The notes under the pieces were generated by a model. That model saw only the letters and a list, made by a program, of their open reading frames with translations. It searched no databases and was not told the origin of the DNA. Below, in pieces: positions 26,574 to 36,982 of a stretch of DNA of 64,000 nt (positions are counted from its first letter, which is position 1; every line of letters starts with the position of its first letter). Source of the stretch: an uncultured virus (IMG/VR IMGVR_UViG_2846613599_000004) (Duplodnaviria; Heunggongvirae; Uroviricota; Caudoviricetes); IMG/VR virus record IMGVR_UViG_2846613599_000004. One strand, 5' to 3'. The position numbers were made by a program, and so were the translations under genes.

Positions 26574-29012
26574 TTAACTCATGGGGGTAATCGTCTGGAA
26601 CAGGTCACTCCTCCACGCATCACGAGCATCAGTAACCGTACCGCTTATTGTTGACGCAGAGGTATTCACATTTAAGTTTTCAACCTTTGAATCAATGTTA
26701 TACGTGACCGATTTAGAGCTTGATTGTAGCGCCTGCGAATTTGCCATTGTTTGCTGAATGCCTGGCATTGCATTTGGCGTTAGCGGCTGCGAGATCTGCT
26801 GGTTAAAGGAAGCGATATTCTCCAGGAGTTTTTCGCTGTTTATCTTTGGATTGCCCAGTGCGTATTCCTCACCAACCCTCCAGCCTTCTACTTTTTTCAT
26901 GGCCTCCAGAATTACAGCCCTTTCCTCCGTCGAGTAATCACCCATTCTTTTTTCAGATCCAACAGCAGAAAGAACCCTTTTAATATAAACATCTGTCGGA
27001 TTTTCCTCTGGCGGAGCATAGGCAGTCAGCATCTGAGATAACGTCTTATCCCTATAACCAAGTCCGGCACCGTAATCCCCCTTTGTCGAAAGCTGTCGAG
27101 CGCCTCCGCTCTCAAATATAAGATGCTCTTTCGCTTTTTTACCCGCTTCTTCGGTTGGGAATATAGCAAAACGGCCATCAGTTCCTATCGCGCCAAATCT
27201 CTTTGCAAAATCACCATATTCAACATTACCAGGGTTATTGTTTCTCCACGATCTGGAGCCGCCCTCTTTGGCAAACCCACCATCAGAATTATTGTATATG
27301 CGCTTGTTTTTGCTTGGCGCGCTTACACTGGTAGCTGACGATTGAGAAGACGAACCACTGGCCATGAATGACACTAAGCCGCCCCATCCGTCACTAAGAG
27401 TCTTTTTCAGGCCGTCCTTTTCTATCTTGGCTTTCGTTTTCTCAACAATCTTATTATCAATACCGGCCTTAAAAATGTTGCCGCCCGGGATGATCTCACT
27501 ACCAGCACGGATGCCGGCCTGAACTTTATCCATTCCGTTTTTGGCATCGCGGAACATATTGATGCTCTTGGTGAGGTCATCGAATTTAATCTTTGCCTCT
27601 GCCGCAGCCGTCATCAATGGGGATAAATCCAGCTCGTTAAGCTTCATTTGCCAGATACCGAGAGCTGTCACCAGCCCAGCGACCAGTAGTCCCGGCCACC
27701 CGAACAGCGCAAGAAACCCAGCGCCGATTTTCAGTAAGCCAGCGGTAATCCCGACAACCCACTTACCAGCGAACCACAGGCCGAATGCGCCGAGCGCCAC
27801 TTTCCATGTTTCAAGGTTGCCATCCTGATCCGTGAACCACTTGCCGATTGTTGTGTCTTTGAACCACTCTTTGAAATCGTCCAGCATCTTCACTATTGGA
27901 GTGATGGTTTCATCCCACTTTTTCCAATACTCTCCGAGCAGTGATTCTCCGCCGCTCTTCCACTTTTTGAAGTCGTCATACAGCAGCCAGGGACCGGCAC
28001 CGAGAGCGAACAACGCGAGCGGAACCAATCCGATAGCCGCAAACATGCCTAAAAACGCCGTGGCAGCTTTTATCACCATCGGAATAAGCAGGACACCCAG
28101 CACAATCCCGATGCCCTTGAACACGCTTACAGCCGTGTCCCTGTTCTTATTCAGAAACATCAGCACACCGGTGACCAACTCGGAGAATTTCAGCAGTGAC
28201 GGCATCAGGTAGTTTGCCAGCAGGGTTTTCAGCCCCTCCCAACCTTGCCTAACCTTCGCATTCTGTTTGTTAAGCTGACGGCTGATTTCCAGTTCTTCCT
28301 CGCTGGATATAACCAGACCGCGCTGCGTGTCCAGCATTTCCTGCATTGCGTCACGGCCTTGCAGCAGGGTATTAATTGTACCCTCGTCAAAGCCCATGTT
28401 TTTCGCAATGTTGTACGCCTGCGGTCTGGACATACCGGAAAGGCTGTCGGCCACATCCAGCAGGATAGCATCAAGGTCGCGCAACTTACCGCCGGAGTCC
28501 ACCACGCCGACATTCAGTGCATTGAAATACGGCAGAACCGAGGAATCCCCGATAGTGACCAAATCCCACAACGATTTGCTGAGGTTTGACATGCTAGCCG
28601 CCATACCATCCGCAGAGCCGCCGGACATCTCAGCCATGTTCTGCCACTTTTTGATCTCAGCGGCACTCATACCGAGGTTTTTACTCAGGAAATAAAGCTG
28701 GTCATTGCTTTTCTGTATCTCAGAGATGAGTTTTGACAGGCCGGACGATGCCATGATTGTTGCGAACAGCGCACCGATTGCCTTAATGCCGTTGTTGATG
28801 GACTTCGTGAAGTCGTCCTGCTTCTTCGCTGCCTTTTTGGTTTCGTCAGCCTGGTTTTTAATAGTAATAGTGAGGTCGGCAGACGAATCACTGACGTTGT
28901 CGATTGCTGCTGACAACTTGTCATTCTCTGCGGTCGCTTTTTTCACTTCATTGCTGAATCCGCGATTATCAAGCTTCAGCGTCACAACCAGCGCGTCAAT
29001 TATCGTCGCCAT
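26574..29012 (-). CDS. Tape measure protein with C-terminal RNNNPGN lysozyme-like domain
   Basis: MATIIDALVV start; WRNNNPGN...FAIF...YAPP.EN motifs. Confidence 0.9.
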   Translation of the reverse strand: MATIIDALVVTLKLDNRGFSNEVKKATAENDKLSAAIDNVSDSSADLTITIKNQADETKKAAKKQDDFTKSINNGIKAIGALFATIMASSGLSKLISEIQKSNDQLYFLSKNLGMSAAEIKKWQNMAEMSGGSADGMAASMSNLSKSLWDLVTIGDSSVLPYFNALNVGVVDSGGKLRDLDAILLDVADSLSGMSRPQAYNIAKNMGFDEGTINTLLQGRDAMQEMLDTQRGLVISSEEELEISRQLNKQNAKVRQGWEGLKTLLANYLMPSLLKFSELVTGVLMFLNKNRDTAVSVFKGIGIVLGVLLIPMVIKAATAFLGMFAAIGLVPLALFALGAGPWLLYDDFKKWKSGGESLLGEYWKKWDETITPIVKMLDDFKEWFKDTTIGKWFTDQDGNLETWKVALGAFGLWFAGKWVVGITAGLLKIGAGFLALFGWPGLLVAGLVTALGIWQMKLNELDLSPLMTAAAEAKIKFDDLTKSINMFRDAKNGMDKVQAGIRAGSEIIPGGNIFKAGIDNKIVEKTKAKIEKDGLKKTLSDGWGGLVSFMASGSSSQSSATSVSAPSKNKRIYNNSDGGFAKEGGSRSWRNNNPGNVEYGDFAKRFGAIGTDGRFAIFPTEEAGKKAKEHLIFESGGARQLSTKGDYGAGLGYRDKTLSQMLTAYAPPEENPTDVYIKRVLSAVGSEKRMGDYSTEERAVILEAMKKVEGWRVGEEYALGNPKINSEKLLENIASFNQQISQPLTPNAMPGIQQTMANSQALQSSSKSVTYNIDSKVENLNVNTSASTISGTVTDARDAWRSDLFQTITPMS

Positions 29013-29034
29013 ATTTGCCCCATAAAAAAAGGCC

Positions 29035-29286
29035 TTACGGCCTGTTATCTTTCTGTATCTCTTCAATGAGACGCTTGTTGTACTCGTTCACCTGATGGAT
29101 TTCGAGCAGGTTCATTGCGTCCTCAAGCCCCAGCACCGTTGAAAGCTCCGTGTACGTGGCATAACCGGACTCGACCACATCCTTTACGATAACGGAGACA
29201 TTCACTGGTTCAGCCAGGACTCCTTTCTTCAGCGGCAGACCAGCTTTTAACTGCTCAAATCTGACCCACCGCCTTGCATTAAAAAA
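29035..29286 (-). CDS. -1 frameshift extension of tail assembly chaperone
   Basis: T TTT TTA heptamer at 29286-29280; -1 frame open to 29035; ATYTELSTVLGLEDAMNLLEI. Confidence 0.75.
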   Translation of the reverse strand, partial: FFNARRWVRFEQLKAGLPLKKGVLAEPVNVSVIVKDVVESGYATYTELSTVLGLEDAMNLLEIHQVNEYNKRLIEEIQKDNRP

Positions 29287-29657
29287 CCGATATGGATGAG
29301 CAGCGCCTCTTTACGAAGCAACAGCAGCGTGGTGATATCCTGAATATCGGTATCCACTTCGATTTGCCGTGCATTGCCGCCGGACGGAACAATCTGCGCA
29401 CAGTCCAGCAGTTCATTCAGCAGCGGGATGCCGACTTCAGCTCGGATATTGGCAAGAGCTTTAATCGCCACCTGGCCGATACCCATCATTCCCATTGACG
29501 GACTGACATCACCGATATCGATACCGGCATTAGCCAGTGCGAACATCGCTCTCATCGCCCAGTTATCTGCCTTGGTTACCGGCATTTCAGTAACGACAAA
29601 CATCTTCCCGGCATCACGGCCTTTTTCGATAGTGATTGTTTTGCTGTTCAGTGCCAT
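29247..29657 (-). CDS. Tail assembly chaperone
   Basis: Between tube and tape measure; slippery site near 3' end. Confidence 0.8.
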   Translation of the reverse strand: MALNSKTITIEKGRDAGKMFVVTEMPVTKADNWAMRAMFALANAGIDIGDVSPSMGMMGIGQVAIKALANIRAEVGIPLLNELLDCAQIVPSGGNARQIEVDTDIQDITTLLLLRKEALLIHIGFLMQGGGSDLSS

Positions 29658-30103
29658 CAGATTTCTTCAGCCCCTTCGAATACCATGTTGAAGTTGTAGC
29701 TGGTGCCGTCGAGCAGTTTCTTACCACTCGCACCGCCGGTCATTGTCGTCATTCCGCCCTTACCCTGATACCGCTTACCGATTGACGGCATTTCCACGAT
29801 AATCTCAATAAAGCGGGTTTCCATGTTGCTGTTGAAGTCTTTGCGGATATTCTCCATCACCTGAGTCGACACGCTGTTGGCTTCAAGGTACAGCGTCCAC
29901 GGTGTTTCATGCGGGGTGTAGCCGATAGACTGCTTTCCGTCGACCCCCATGCGTGTTTCACCGATATTCGCCTCGCCGAACTCCCATGCGTTATCTGCCT
30001 GGAATCCCTGAATACGGATATAGTCGTCGTAAACGCCTTCACAACGCAGCATTAACACCGCATTAGCGGAGGTAATTGTTTTAGGGTTATGACCCATAGG
30101 CAT
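29657..30103 (-). CDS. Tail tube protein
   Basis: TITSANA, MGVDG; follows sheath. Confidence 0.8.
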   Translation of the reverse strand: MPMGHNPKTITSANAVLMLRCEGVYDDYIRIQGFQADNAWEFGEANIGETRMGVDGKQSIGYTPHETPWTLYLEANSVSTQVMENIRKDFNSNMETRFIEIIVEMPSIGKRYQGKGGMTTMTGGASGKKLLDGTSYNFNMVFEGAEEI

Positions 30104-30117
30104 AGTGTGTTACTCCC

Positions 30118-31578
30118 TTACTGAACGTTGATTGAAGGCAGATCGACCTGCTGAACGCTGCCGCCGTCGGCATACCAGAGTTTCAGCGGCATGGATTTAC
30201 GCAGTCCGCGTGTCTGCGCCGGTGTCTTCTCAATTTTCAGGCACCAGCCTGCTGTATTGAGTTGTGCAGCCGCATCAAACCCGGCTTCGATGTTGATCTG
30301 CTTTTTCTGCTGCTCTGACAGGTCGACGCCCGGCTGAATACCACCGAAGTTAAGCATCTGGAATACCGGATCAGACACAGCTGCGCGGTGAATGGCGCGT
30401 CCGGAATCGTTATACGGAATGTTTTTGAAGTTCTTCAGCATCGTCATCAGTGCAAGTTGCAGCTGGCTGTTGAAGAACACCTGAATGACATAGCTGTCCA
30501 TCCATTTAAACTTGCCTGATACAGAGCCCGGATAAGCGAAAATAAAGCGGTCGTTTGCAGTGGCGTAAGCGCCGTAGAAATTAAAGCCCATCGCCATCAG
30601 GTTGTCGGCAGTGGCATCATCGGTTACGGACGGGGTGAGCCCTTCCTGGCTGCGGAACGCCAGATTGGTACGCCCGTTCAGTTCATCGAAATTCAGGCTG
30701 GCAGCATACCCGCAAATAAATGCGCCGTGTTTGTGATTACCGTAAAACAGACAGGTGCCGCCGATATCAGACTCTTTGATGGCGCTGCTGATAGTTTCCA
30801 GTTCGCCATTGGTGTTATCGGTCTGACACAGAACATGCAGGTAGCGATCATTCTGCATTGCCACCCAGCGGGAAATTGCGAGCTTCTCATCTGCCGTAAA
30901 ATCAATCGCCATGATTGACACAAAATTAGTGGTTTCTTTGGTGATACGCGGCAGTAGCTCCTCAATGGTGTCGGCATTAATACCGTTGTTTGCCTGAGCA
31001 CCGTCAGCTTCAGTCAGCCCCATGAACTCAGCAAGCTCACCTTCAGCCGCCGTGATTGAGCCAACAGCACCTTTTGTTGCACCCTCAATGACAAACACTT
31101 TTGCGCCGGTGTCATATTTGCATGTTCCGGCCTCACCCAGCGACGTAGCAACCGCTGCGGCCAGAGAGGAATAGCTGTTCACATCACCATCAATGGTGAC
31201 TGATACCGGTTTACCGTCAATGGTCAGCGCCAGACCCTGCGGTAACGGGTTAAAATCGCTCTGTGGACGCGTAGGGACTTTTGCGCCGACCAACTTGGCC
31301 GATTGCGCAGCTGTCACCATAGACGCAATATAGAGCGTGTCAGGAAGCACTGTGCAGTTATCAAAGCCCTTAAAATAAACCTGAGCCGCTTCGTACTCTT
31401 TGGAACTGATGCCGAACACTTCACCAACCAGATCAGCAGAGCCGAACGCTTTCACGCCCAGCATGGCCTCGGGTTGTTTCTTTGTGATAAACAGCGCATT
31501 AAGCGCCAGTGGATTACCGCCAGTGCCGACGACACCGGGCAGGATACTGACAATCTTGCTTGCCGGAATTGATTGCAT
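30118..31578 (-). CDS. Tail sheath (DUF3383-like)
   Basis: IPASKIV..PGV, NFYGAYAT, WYADGGSVQ. Confidence 0.9.
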   Translation of the reverse strand: MQSIPASKIVSILPGVVGTGGNPLALNALFITKKQPEAMLGVKAFGSADLVGEVFGISSKEYEAAQVYFKGFDNCTVLPDTLYIASMVTAAQSAKLVGAKVPTRPQSDFNPLPQGLALTIDGKPVSVTIDGDVNSYSSLAAAVATSLGEAGTCKYDTGAKVFVIEGATKGAVGSITAAEGELAEFMGLTEADGAQANNGINADTIEELLPRITKETTNFVSIMAIDFTADEKLAISRWVAMQNDRYLHVLCQTDNTNGELETISSAIKESDIGGTCLFYGNHKHGAFICGYAASLNFDELNGRTNLAFRSQEGLTPSVTDDATADNLMAMGFNFYGAYATANDRFIFAYPGSVSGKFKWMDSYVIQVFFNSQLQLALMTMLKNFKNIPYNDSGRAIHRAAVSDPVFQMLNFGGIQPGVDLSEQQKKQINIEAGFDAAAQLNTAGWCLKIEKTPAQTRGLRKSMPLKLWYADGGSVQQVDLPSINVQ

Positions 31579-31587
31579 ATTTTTACC

Positions 31588-32073
31588 TTAGATATTGGTA
31601 GTGGTAATGGATATTTCGTCGACACTATCGACGTGATAGGAGGTTTCTGGGTTATATTGCAGAGTGATGTCCAGCATCATCCTGTTTTCGTACTGATTAG
31701 CCTGGTTAACAAGCACATCCTTTCTCGGCTGGCTGTTGTCCAGAGGCTGGCACTTTGTCATCCGGTCGGTGGTGTAGGAAGATTTCCACAGGTTGGCGAC
31801 AACACGCGCCCGGCTGTTTGCTTCCGCTCCGTAAAAATCAAGCTGGAACGTAGCCTCAACAGATCGCTGCGCCGTCATCTGCTCATCCGCCGGATTCCAG
31901 TAATCAGCTGTATAATCCAGATCACGCTCAAACAGCATGTGCATAACGATGCCATTTTCAGGAACCGGAACGTTGTTCTGATACCCCTGAGCCACCGGGC
32001 AGTTGAACAACCCAGTCAGATACCGGCGCAATTCGATAAAGATATCGCGCTCGGTTACGCTTATTGTCGCCAT
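31588..32073 (-). CDS. Tail terminator / neck protein
   Basis: QLDFYG, LQYNP; upstream of sheath. Confidence 0.75.
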   Translation of the reverse strand: MATISVTERDIFIELRRYLTGLFNCPVAQGYQNNVPVPENGIVMHMLFERDLDYTADYWNPADEQMTAQRSVEATFQLDFYGAEANSRARVVANLWKSSYTTDRMTKCQPLDNSQPRKDVLVNQANQYENRMMLDITLQYNPETSYHVDSVDEISITTTNI

Positions 32074-32441
32074 AGCAGTACCTTCACCCATGACGGATAG
32101 GACTCAATAACCTGAGTGACAAGCCATTCAGATTCTTCGTCTTCACCGTATGCCATGAACCGGAGTTTGTCCGCGCCCTGCTTTTTGGCTCGGCGCAACG
32201 CGGAGATCTGCCCGCGCGCGTAGCCGTAAATAAACTGCCCCTGCTGGTTGATAACCCCGAGGTGTTCAAGGTCTTGTGTGCTCAGGCTTTGTAACTGAAC
32301 GGAAATGTCGTGACTGGTAAACTTCGGCGTGGTAGCTCCGGCCTCATCAGTCTCATATCCGTCGTTAGCCATCAGCACAGCAGGAAGGTTTTTATTTACA
32401 CACTGGATTGCGGTATTTGCGAGGGCGCGGACTTTAATCAT
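32061..32441 (-). CDS. Head-tail joining protein
   Basis: Synteny; QLQSLS...WLV..V.E.YP.W. Confidence 0.65.
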   Translation of the reverse strand: MIKVRALANTAIQCVNKNLPAVLMANDGYETDEAGATTPKFTSHDISVQLQSLSTQDLEHLGVINQQGQFIYGYARGQISALRRAKKQGADKLRFMAYGEDEESEWLVTQVIESYPSWVKVLLWRQ

Positions 32442-32988
32442 CTGTCACCTCATAGCTGAATGAGTTAGCCATCTGACCGGTATCAATCAGTGGCTTGTTG
32501 AAGCCTTTTTTTGCCCATGTAGACAATGCATTATGTGGCGTTTCCCAACTAAGAACCGCATTACTCAATTCATCCTTTATAATCTCGCCCAGAATAGATA
32601 GTGCCTTCTTTTCATCCCCGCTATCTGCCAGAGCGTCAGATAGAACCTGCGGCCATGTCTTTTTACCTTCACTGATCGTATTACGGAAGAATGGTCTTGG
32701 TGGTATATTTATCGTGTGGGCTGGTATATCGTGCTCTGTGACAAGGTTTGCCTTGCTTGCTTTAACAAACCGTCCACCATTTATTAAGTTGCCGTGTTTA
32801 TCGACTTTCCGATGTATCCCCCCTTTTTTAGCCTCTACCTCAACGCTGGCTCCGTACTCCTGCCAATATGCTACCTGGGCAACATGAAGTCCGTCAGGAT
32901 ATGTCGCATTCTCCAGTATGCCTACCCTTAGCCCCGCCGTACCTGACATGTACTTCTCCAGCGCTTCCTCAAGCTTGCTTTTAGCCAT
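32434..32988 (-). CDS. Neck / morphogenesis protein
   Basis: EYG...IPPRPFFR...KPLIDTG. Confidence 0.75.
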   Translation of the reverse strand: MAKSKLEEALEKYMSGTAGLRVGILENATYPDGLHVAQVAYWQEYGASVEVEAKKGGIHRKVDKHGNLINGGRFVKASKANLVTEHDIPAHTINIPPRPFFRNTISEGKKTWPQVLSDALADSGDEKKALSILGEIIKDELSNAVLSWETPHNALSTWAKKGFNKPLIDTGQMANSFSYEVTDD

Positions 32989-33454
32989 AATAACCACCTC
33001 TCCACACCGGCATCGGGGCAACACCCAGCGTGTACAGAAACGACCTGTACCGACTTGTCAGAGCCCAGTATTCAGCACCGAATGGTGTTTGCGTGTACCA
33101 CTTTTCACCATTTGTTGCGGTGCCATAGTCAAGCGACACTGACACACTACCTTCGCTTGCACTGGATGCCCGGCCTACTGCACTGTTACCCTCGTCAATA
33201 TTTGACTGGAGCATGTCCATGTGAGCGACCAGCAGAAACAGCAGCATTTCCCGCTCAGCCAGATTGCAGACGCAGCTGTGTTTGTCATTCCGCAGCAGCA
33301 TTCCGGCTTTAATGAAAGCGTTGTTCAGTTGAGTATCTGTGCCTTTTGCGGATGGGTAAGCCTCGCGGAATTTCTCAACGTCAAAAACCACAGCGCCCCA
33401 TTCTTTCGCCACCGGTTGTGCGCTGAGGTAATTCAGCATGTCGCGCCTGTTCAT
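32981..33454 (-). CDS. Head-tail adaptor (DUF4054-like)
   Basis: FR..YP, LLVAH, SASEGSVSVS, WYTQTPFG. Confidence 0.8.
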   Translation of the reverse strand: MNRRDMLNYLSAQPVAKEWGAVVFDVEKFREAYPSAKGTDTQLNNAFIKAGMLLRNDKHSCVCNLAEREMLLFLLVAHMDMLQSNIDEGNSAVGRASSASEGSVSVSLDYGTATNGEKWYTQTPFGAEYWALTSRYRSFLYTLGVAPMPVWRGGYYG

Positions 33455-33462
33455 AGCACACC

Positions 33463-33789
33463 TTATTCCTCGGCGGTTTTCACGCCTTCAGTATTCTGTT
33501 TCATTTTTTCCGTGCCGGATTTTTGTGCTGCTTTTTCTTTCGATTCAGCCTTGGAATCCTTCACTTTTTCGTGAGCAAAAATCAGCCCGTTTTTCACCAG
33601 ATCGCGGTCTTTGTTTTCTTCAAACCATGCATCCCAGTGCGCTTTATCGACACCATGAGTCAGACCGAAGCCGTTCTCATCGGAAATGCCGTTTGCAAAA
33701 CCCTTAACCACTTCACGTTTTTCGCCAACATCCAGATACAGGCCGTTCGCCAGTTTGCAGGCAACTGTTACTTCAGACATAAATTCCAC
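33463..33789 (-). CDS. Virion-associated hypothetical protein
   Basis: Downstream of capsid; CKL.NGL...W..W...KNGLIFA. Confidence 0.65.
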   Translation of the reverse strand: MEFMSEVTVACKLANGLYLDVGEKREVVKGFANGISDENGFGLTHGVDKAHWDAWFEENKDRDLVKNGLIFAHEKVKDSKAESKEKAAQKSGTEKMKQNTEGVKTAEE

Positions 33790-33839
33790 CTATAAAAAAG
33801 CCACCCGAAGGTGGCAGTGATTAACAACGAGGGATGTGA

Positions 33840-34835
33840 TTAAGAAACCAGCATTGACGCAATGAACAGCGGGCGGTAAACCACGCAGCCGAACGTGCCC
33901 TGAGAGCGTTTCTGCTTCCATGATGACAGCTCGGGGATCATGGCGTGAACGCGCATTTTCTCAGTAAAACTCAGATCTAATGTTTCCTGACCTTCGTATT
34001 CACGGACAATCAGTTTAACAACTTCACCGGCCTGAGTTGAAAACTCCGGAATACTGCGGATTTTCAGGTTAGGGAAGTTTTTATTCAGCTGGTCGTATAC
34101 GTTGACGTTGTACTGGTTTGTTTTATGCAGGTTAACTTCGTTTTTTGGCGAAAGTAACAGCTCCATCGGAGATGACGCATCAACATGGCCTTCTGTCTGC
34201 TTAATGAGTTCCGCATACAGCTTGCCCTGAATGGAGTCATAAACCCCCTGCCCGTCCATCGCTTCCCATGGCGTGGAGGTGACGTTCGGCAGAGCATCTT
34301 TGTAGTTCAGGATGCCTTCGTTCTCAAGCCCGTCAATACCGAAGATATACGATTTATTCTGGAACTTATTCAGGGTGAAAGCGGCGGCGATCTGCTTACG
34401 GGATGCCCAGTCGATTTTAGCAGCTCCGGCCATTGCCATTTCTTTTTCACCTACCTGAATAACCACCTGGTAGTGATATGGCTGACGCATAGGCCAGTTG
34501 ACGTTGACACCGGCCTGACCGTTATTGCTGTAGTCGCCGTAGCTGGACACTTCACCGGTGGATTCAATTACCGGGAAATGCGCGGTTTGTGTTGTCCAGT
34601 CGCCTTTCTTCGTTTCGCCGAAGATTTCGGCCATACGCATTGGGGTTACCAGAACCTCAATCAGCTTAGGATCAACGTAAGTTGTGAACAGTGACAAAAT
34701 ACCGGCGTTCGGCGCAGTGACTAACTCACTGTCCATTGCCATGCTTTTCGCCAGCGGGGTAAGCTCCTGAGTGTTATATCCGGTAGCAAACACAATCCCG
34801 GCGCGTTGCTCAAGCGCATTTAAATTTAATGGCAT
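33840..34835 (-). CDS. Major capsid protein (DUF2184-like)
   Basis: 331 aa after decoration gene, followed by terminator at about 33794-33815. Confidence 0.85.
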   Translation of the reverse strand: MPLNLNALEQRAGIVFATGYNTQELTPLAKSMAMDSELVTAPNAGILSLFTTYVDPKLIEVLVTPMRMAEIFGETKKGDWTTQTAHFPVIESTGEVSSYGDYSNNGQAGVNVNWPMRQPYHYQVVIQVGEKEMAMAGAAKIDWASRKQIAAAFTLNKFQNKSYIFGIDGLENEGILNYKDALPNVTSTPWEAMDGQGVYDSIQGKLYAELIKQTEGHVDASSPMELLLSPKNEVNLHKTNQYNVNVYDQLNKNFPNLKIRSIPEFSTQAGEVVKLIVREYEGQETLDLSFTEKMRVHAMIPELSSWKQKRSQGTFGCVVYRPLFIASMLVS

Positions 34836-34844
34836 ATTATTTCC

Positions 34845-35327
34845 TTACAGTGAGCTTGACATTTTAGTGAGGCCGGAAGTGACAGTTTTTGCCACACGGT
34901 ACGGGGTAGCTTCAACAGTCGCATCTTCGGGATTGATGGTATCCACCGCTTTTGCTTTCCCCGTCGCAACGTCTGCGACAATAAACTGGCCGCGTGTTCC
35001 GCCCGCTTCCAACTCAACGAAGTAATCGCCGCCTGTCATCAGCGTGATTTCTCTCCCGGCTGGTACGAGCATTGTTGCCTCTGCGCCGTACTGAGCAATA
35101 AGTGCCTGGTTGTTGCGGTGAACAAACCCGATAAGCGCACCGGCTGTCTTTTTGTTTGATACCAGGCCTTTTTCATCAGCCCACGCAAACAGACCTACCG
35201 TTACCCCGTCAGCACCCGATTTCAGTTGCCCCTCACCGGCCAGCATTGAAAAGCGCGGGTTAGCAGAAGCGAAGTCACCAGCCACACCAAGTGGCAGATC
35301 ATTATTCATTTTGGTTTGAAAACCCAT
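34845..35327 (-). CDS. Capsid decoration/cement protein
   Basis: GFQ...GVAGDFASANP; synteny. Confidence 0.7.
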   Translation of the reverse strand: MGFQTKMNNDLPLGVAGDFASANPRFSMLAGEGQLKSGADGVTVGLFAWADEKGLVSNKKTAGALIGFVHRNNQALIAQYGAEATMLVPAGREITLMTGGDYFVELEAGGTRGQFIVADVATGKAKAVDTINPEDATVEATPYRVAKTVTSGLTKMSSSL

Positions 35328-35338
35328 GATTATTCCTC

Positions 35339-36529
35339 TTAAGCCTGTTTGAAGCGGGAAACCAGCGGCTCATCCGCAAATGCGTCTGCGTCCATGGCTA
35401 CCTTTGGTTTTGCGGTGGATGCTGTGTCTTTTGCCATCTTCACCATTGAGGCAAGTCCGACACCGGTCACACCGTCACACGCGATACCTTTCTGCTTCAG
35501 TGCGTATTTATAAACGTCATCAGCACTGGTGAAGCCATCCATTGCGATAACTCCAACCAGCGGCTCTACGTCACGCACAGCGCTGAACATGGCAGTCATC
35601 TGCTTAATGGTGTCGTCTTTGGTTGCTGACAGTGCGGCATCCATAGCTTTTTTGCTTTCCTCTTCGTTATCAGAAGCCTGTTTCTTGGCCGCTTCTTCAT
35701 CTTTGGCTTTCTTTTCGGTTTCCTCTTCGTCAGTGGCTTTTTTCTTCGCCTCTTCCTCGTCCTGAGCCTTTTTAGCCGCCTCTTCTGCCTTTTTCTCTTC
35801 TTCGTCTTTCGCGCCTTCCAGATCTTCCGGTGACACGTCCATGCCGAGTTTTACAGCAGTGAGAATTGCATGGAGCTGGTTTTCAGGAATATCAGCATCC
35901 ATCCCCAGCGCCTTTTTAATCTGCGCAGCCACTTCGGGAAGCGCGCCTTTCTTTAATTTCATCTCTGTCTCCAAATCGACTGTCTGATGGTCTGAAATGA
36001 TTGCGTCTCGCCCGATTCTGCCGCGCTCGACTAATGCGACGTGGTTACCGAAAATATTCCGCATAACTCCGTCATAGTGTTGCCCTTCATATTCCCCGGG
36101 GGTCATATCGGGCGTATACCCATAGCCAGCGGAAAGCTCTTTCATCTTTTCGCTTTCTATCAGGTCAATTGCATACCCGTCCCACACACACAGATCGCCG
36201 TACAGCATCCCGCTCTCAAATGTGATATCTGAGCCGATGGTGCCGATAGTGTCTTCTTTTTGCGGTTCGTCTGAATCGACGGGAACGTGCCGGATGAGTA
36301 ACTGCTTTTTACTGAAAGTTTTTGCTGCCCGCTCTAACTCGGCAGGGTCGCGCAACAGGTAATACACCTTTTCAGGATCAAGCCCGAGACTTTCAAATCC
36401 CGGAATTTCTTTGCCCCGATACGGGTTTACTGCTGCTTTGGATAAAACAGTGCGCTCCACAATTAAGTGGCCGTTACCGTCTTTACTCCGCATTGACCTG
36501 TCGAAAGCGAGGCGATCTGTCATTGCCAT
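35339..36529 (-). CDS. Prohead protease/scaffold (DUF2213-like)
   Basis: ELSAGY, GNHVALVERGR, acidic/Lys scaffold tail with AMD repeats. Confidence 0.85.
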   Translation of the reverse strand: MAMTDRLAFDRSMRSKDGNGHLIVERTVLSKAAVNPYRGKEIPGFESLGLDPEKVYYLLRDPAELERAAKTFSKKQLLIRHVPVDSDEPQKEDTIGTIGSDITFESGMLYGDLCVWDGYAIDLIESEKMKELSAGYGYTPDMTPGEYEGQHYDGVMRNIFGNHVALVERGRIGRDAIISDHQTVDLETEMKLKKGALPEVAAQIKKALGMDADIPENQLHAILTAVKLGMDVSPEDLEGAKDEEEKKAEEAAKKAQDEEEAKKKATDEEETEKKAKDEEAAKKQASDNEEESKKAMDAALSATKDDTIKQMTAMFSAVRDVEPLVGVIAMDGFTSADDVYKYALKQKGIACDGVTGVGLASMVKMAKDTASTAKPKVAMDADAFADEPLVSRFKQA

Positions 36530-36544
36530 GACTGCCTCTGTGAT

Positions 36545-36967
36545 TTAAATAGGTGGCTCTTTATCTTCCACTACAGTAACGCTGTTGATGCTGATGACTG
36601 TCCCGCGTTCTTCCTCCAGGCGGGACTTTACCGACTCCCGGAAGGTTTTCGACTCAACTTCATGGCGACCAAGCCCCCAGTCACTACCGAAATACATTGA
36701 TTCATGATGAACGCCGCCATCGACACTACATGTGAAATCAACCACTGCCCTCACTGGGTTTTCATCAGATTCAATGCGTAGCGAAATAATGCAAACCTTT
36801 CGCTTTTCTTTCTTCTCGATGGCCTCCTTGATTTCAAGGTAAGCTCCGCCCGAGAATACAGTGTCAGGATCGGCGCTTTCCGGGAGCGGTTGCTGGTACT
36901 CACATTTCCTTTCACCAATCCATTCATGCCGGACTGTATACTCTGCTACCAGGCATTTATTCGCCAT
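36545..36967 (-). CDS. Hypothetical protein inserted in head operon
   Basis: Open frame with GAGG RBS between minor head and protease genes. Confidence 0.7.
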   Translation of the reverse strand: MANKCLVAEYTVRHEWIGERKCEYQQPLPESADPDTVFSGGAYLEIKEAIEKKEKRKVCIISLRIESDENPVRAVVDFTCSVDGGVHHESMYFGSDWGLGRHEVESKTFRESVKSRLEEERGTVISINSVTVVEDKEPPI

Positions 36968-36982
36968 GAAAAACCCCTCTGT

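Noticed and set aside
35529..35830. Low-complexity repeats here and at 56300-56760 as DNA repeat arrays or CRISPR
   Set aside because: Explained by Glu/Lys/Ala-rich protein coding; no repeat-spacer periodicity or cas genes
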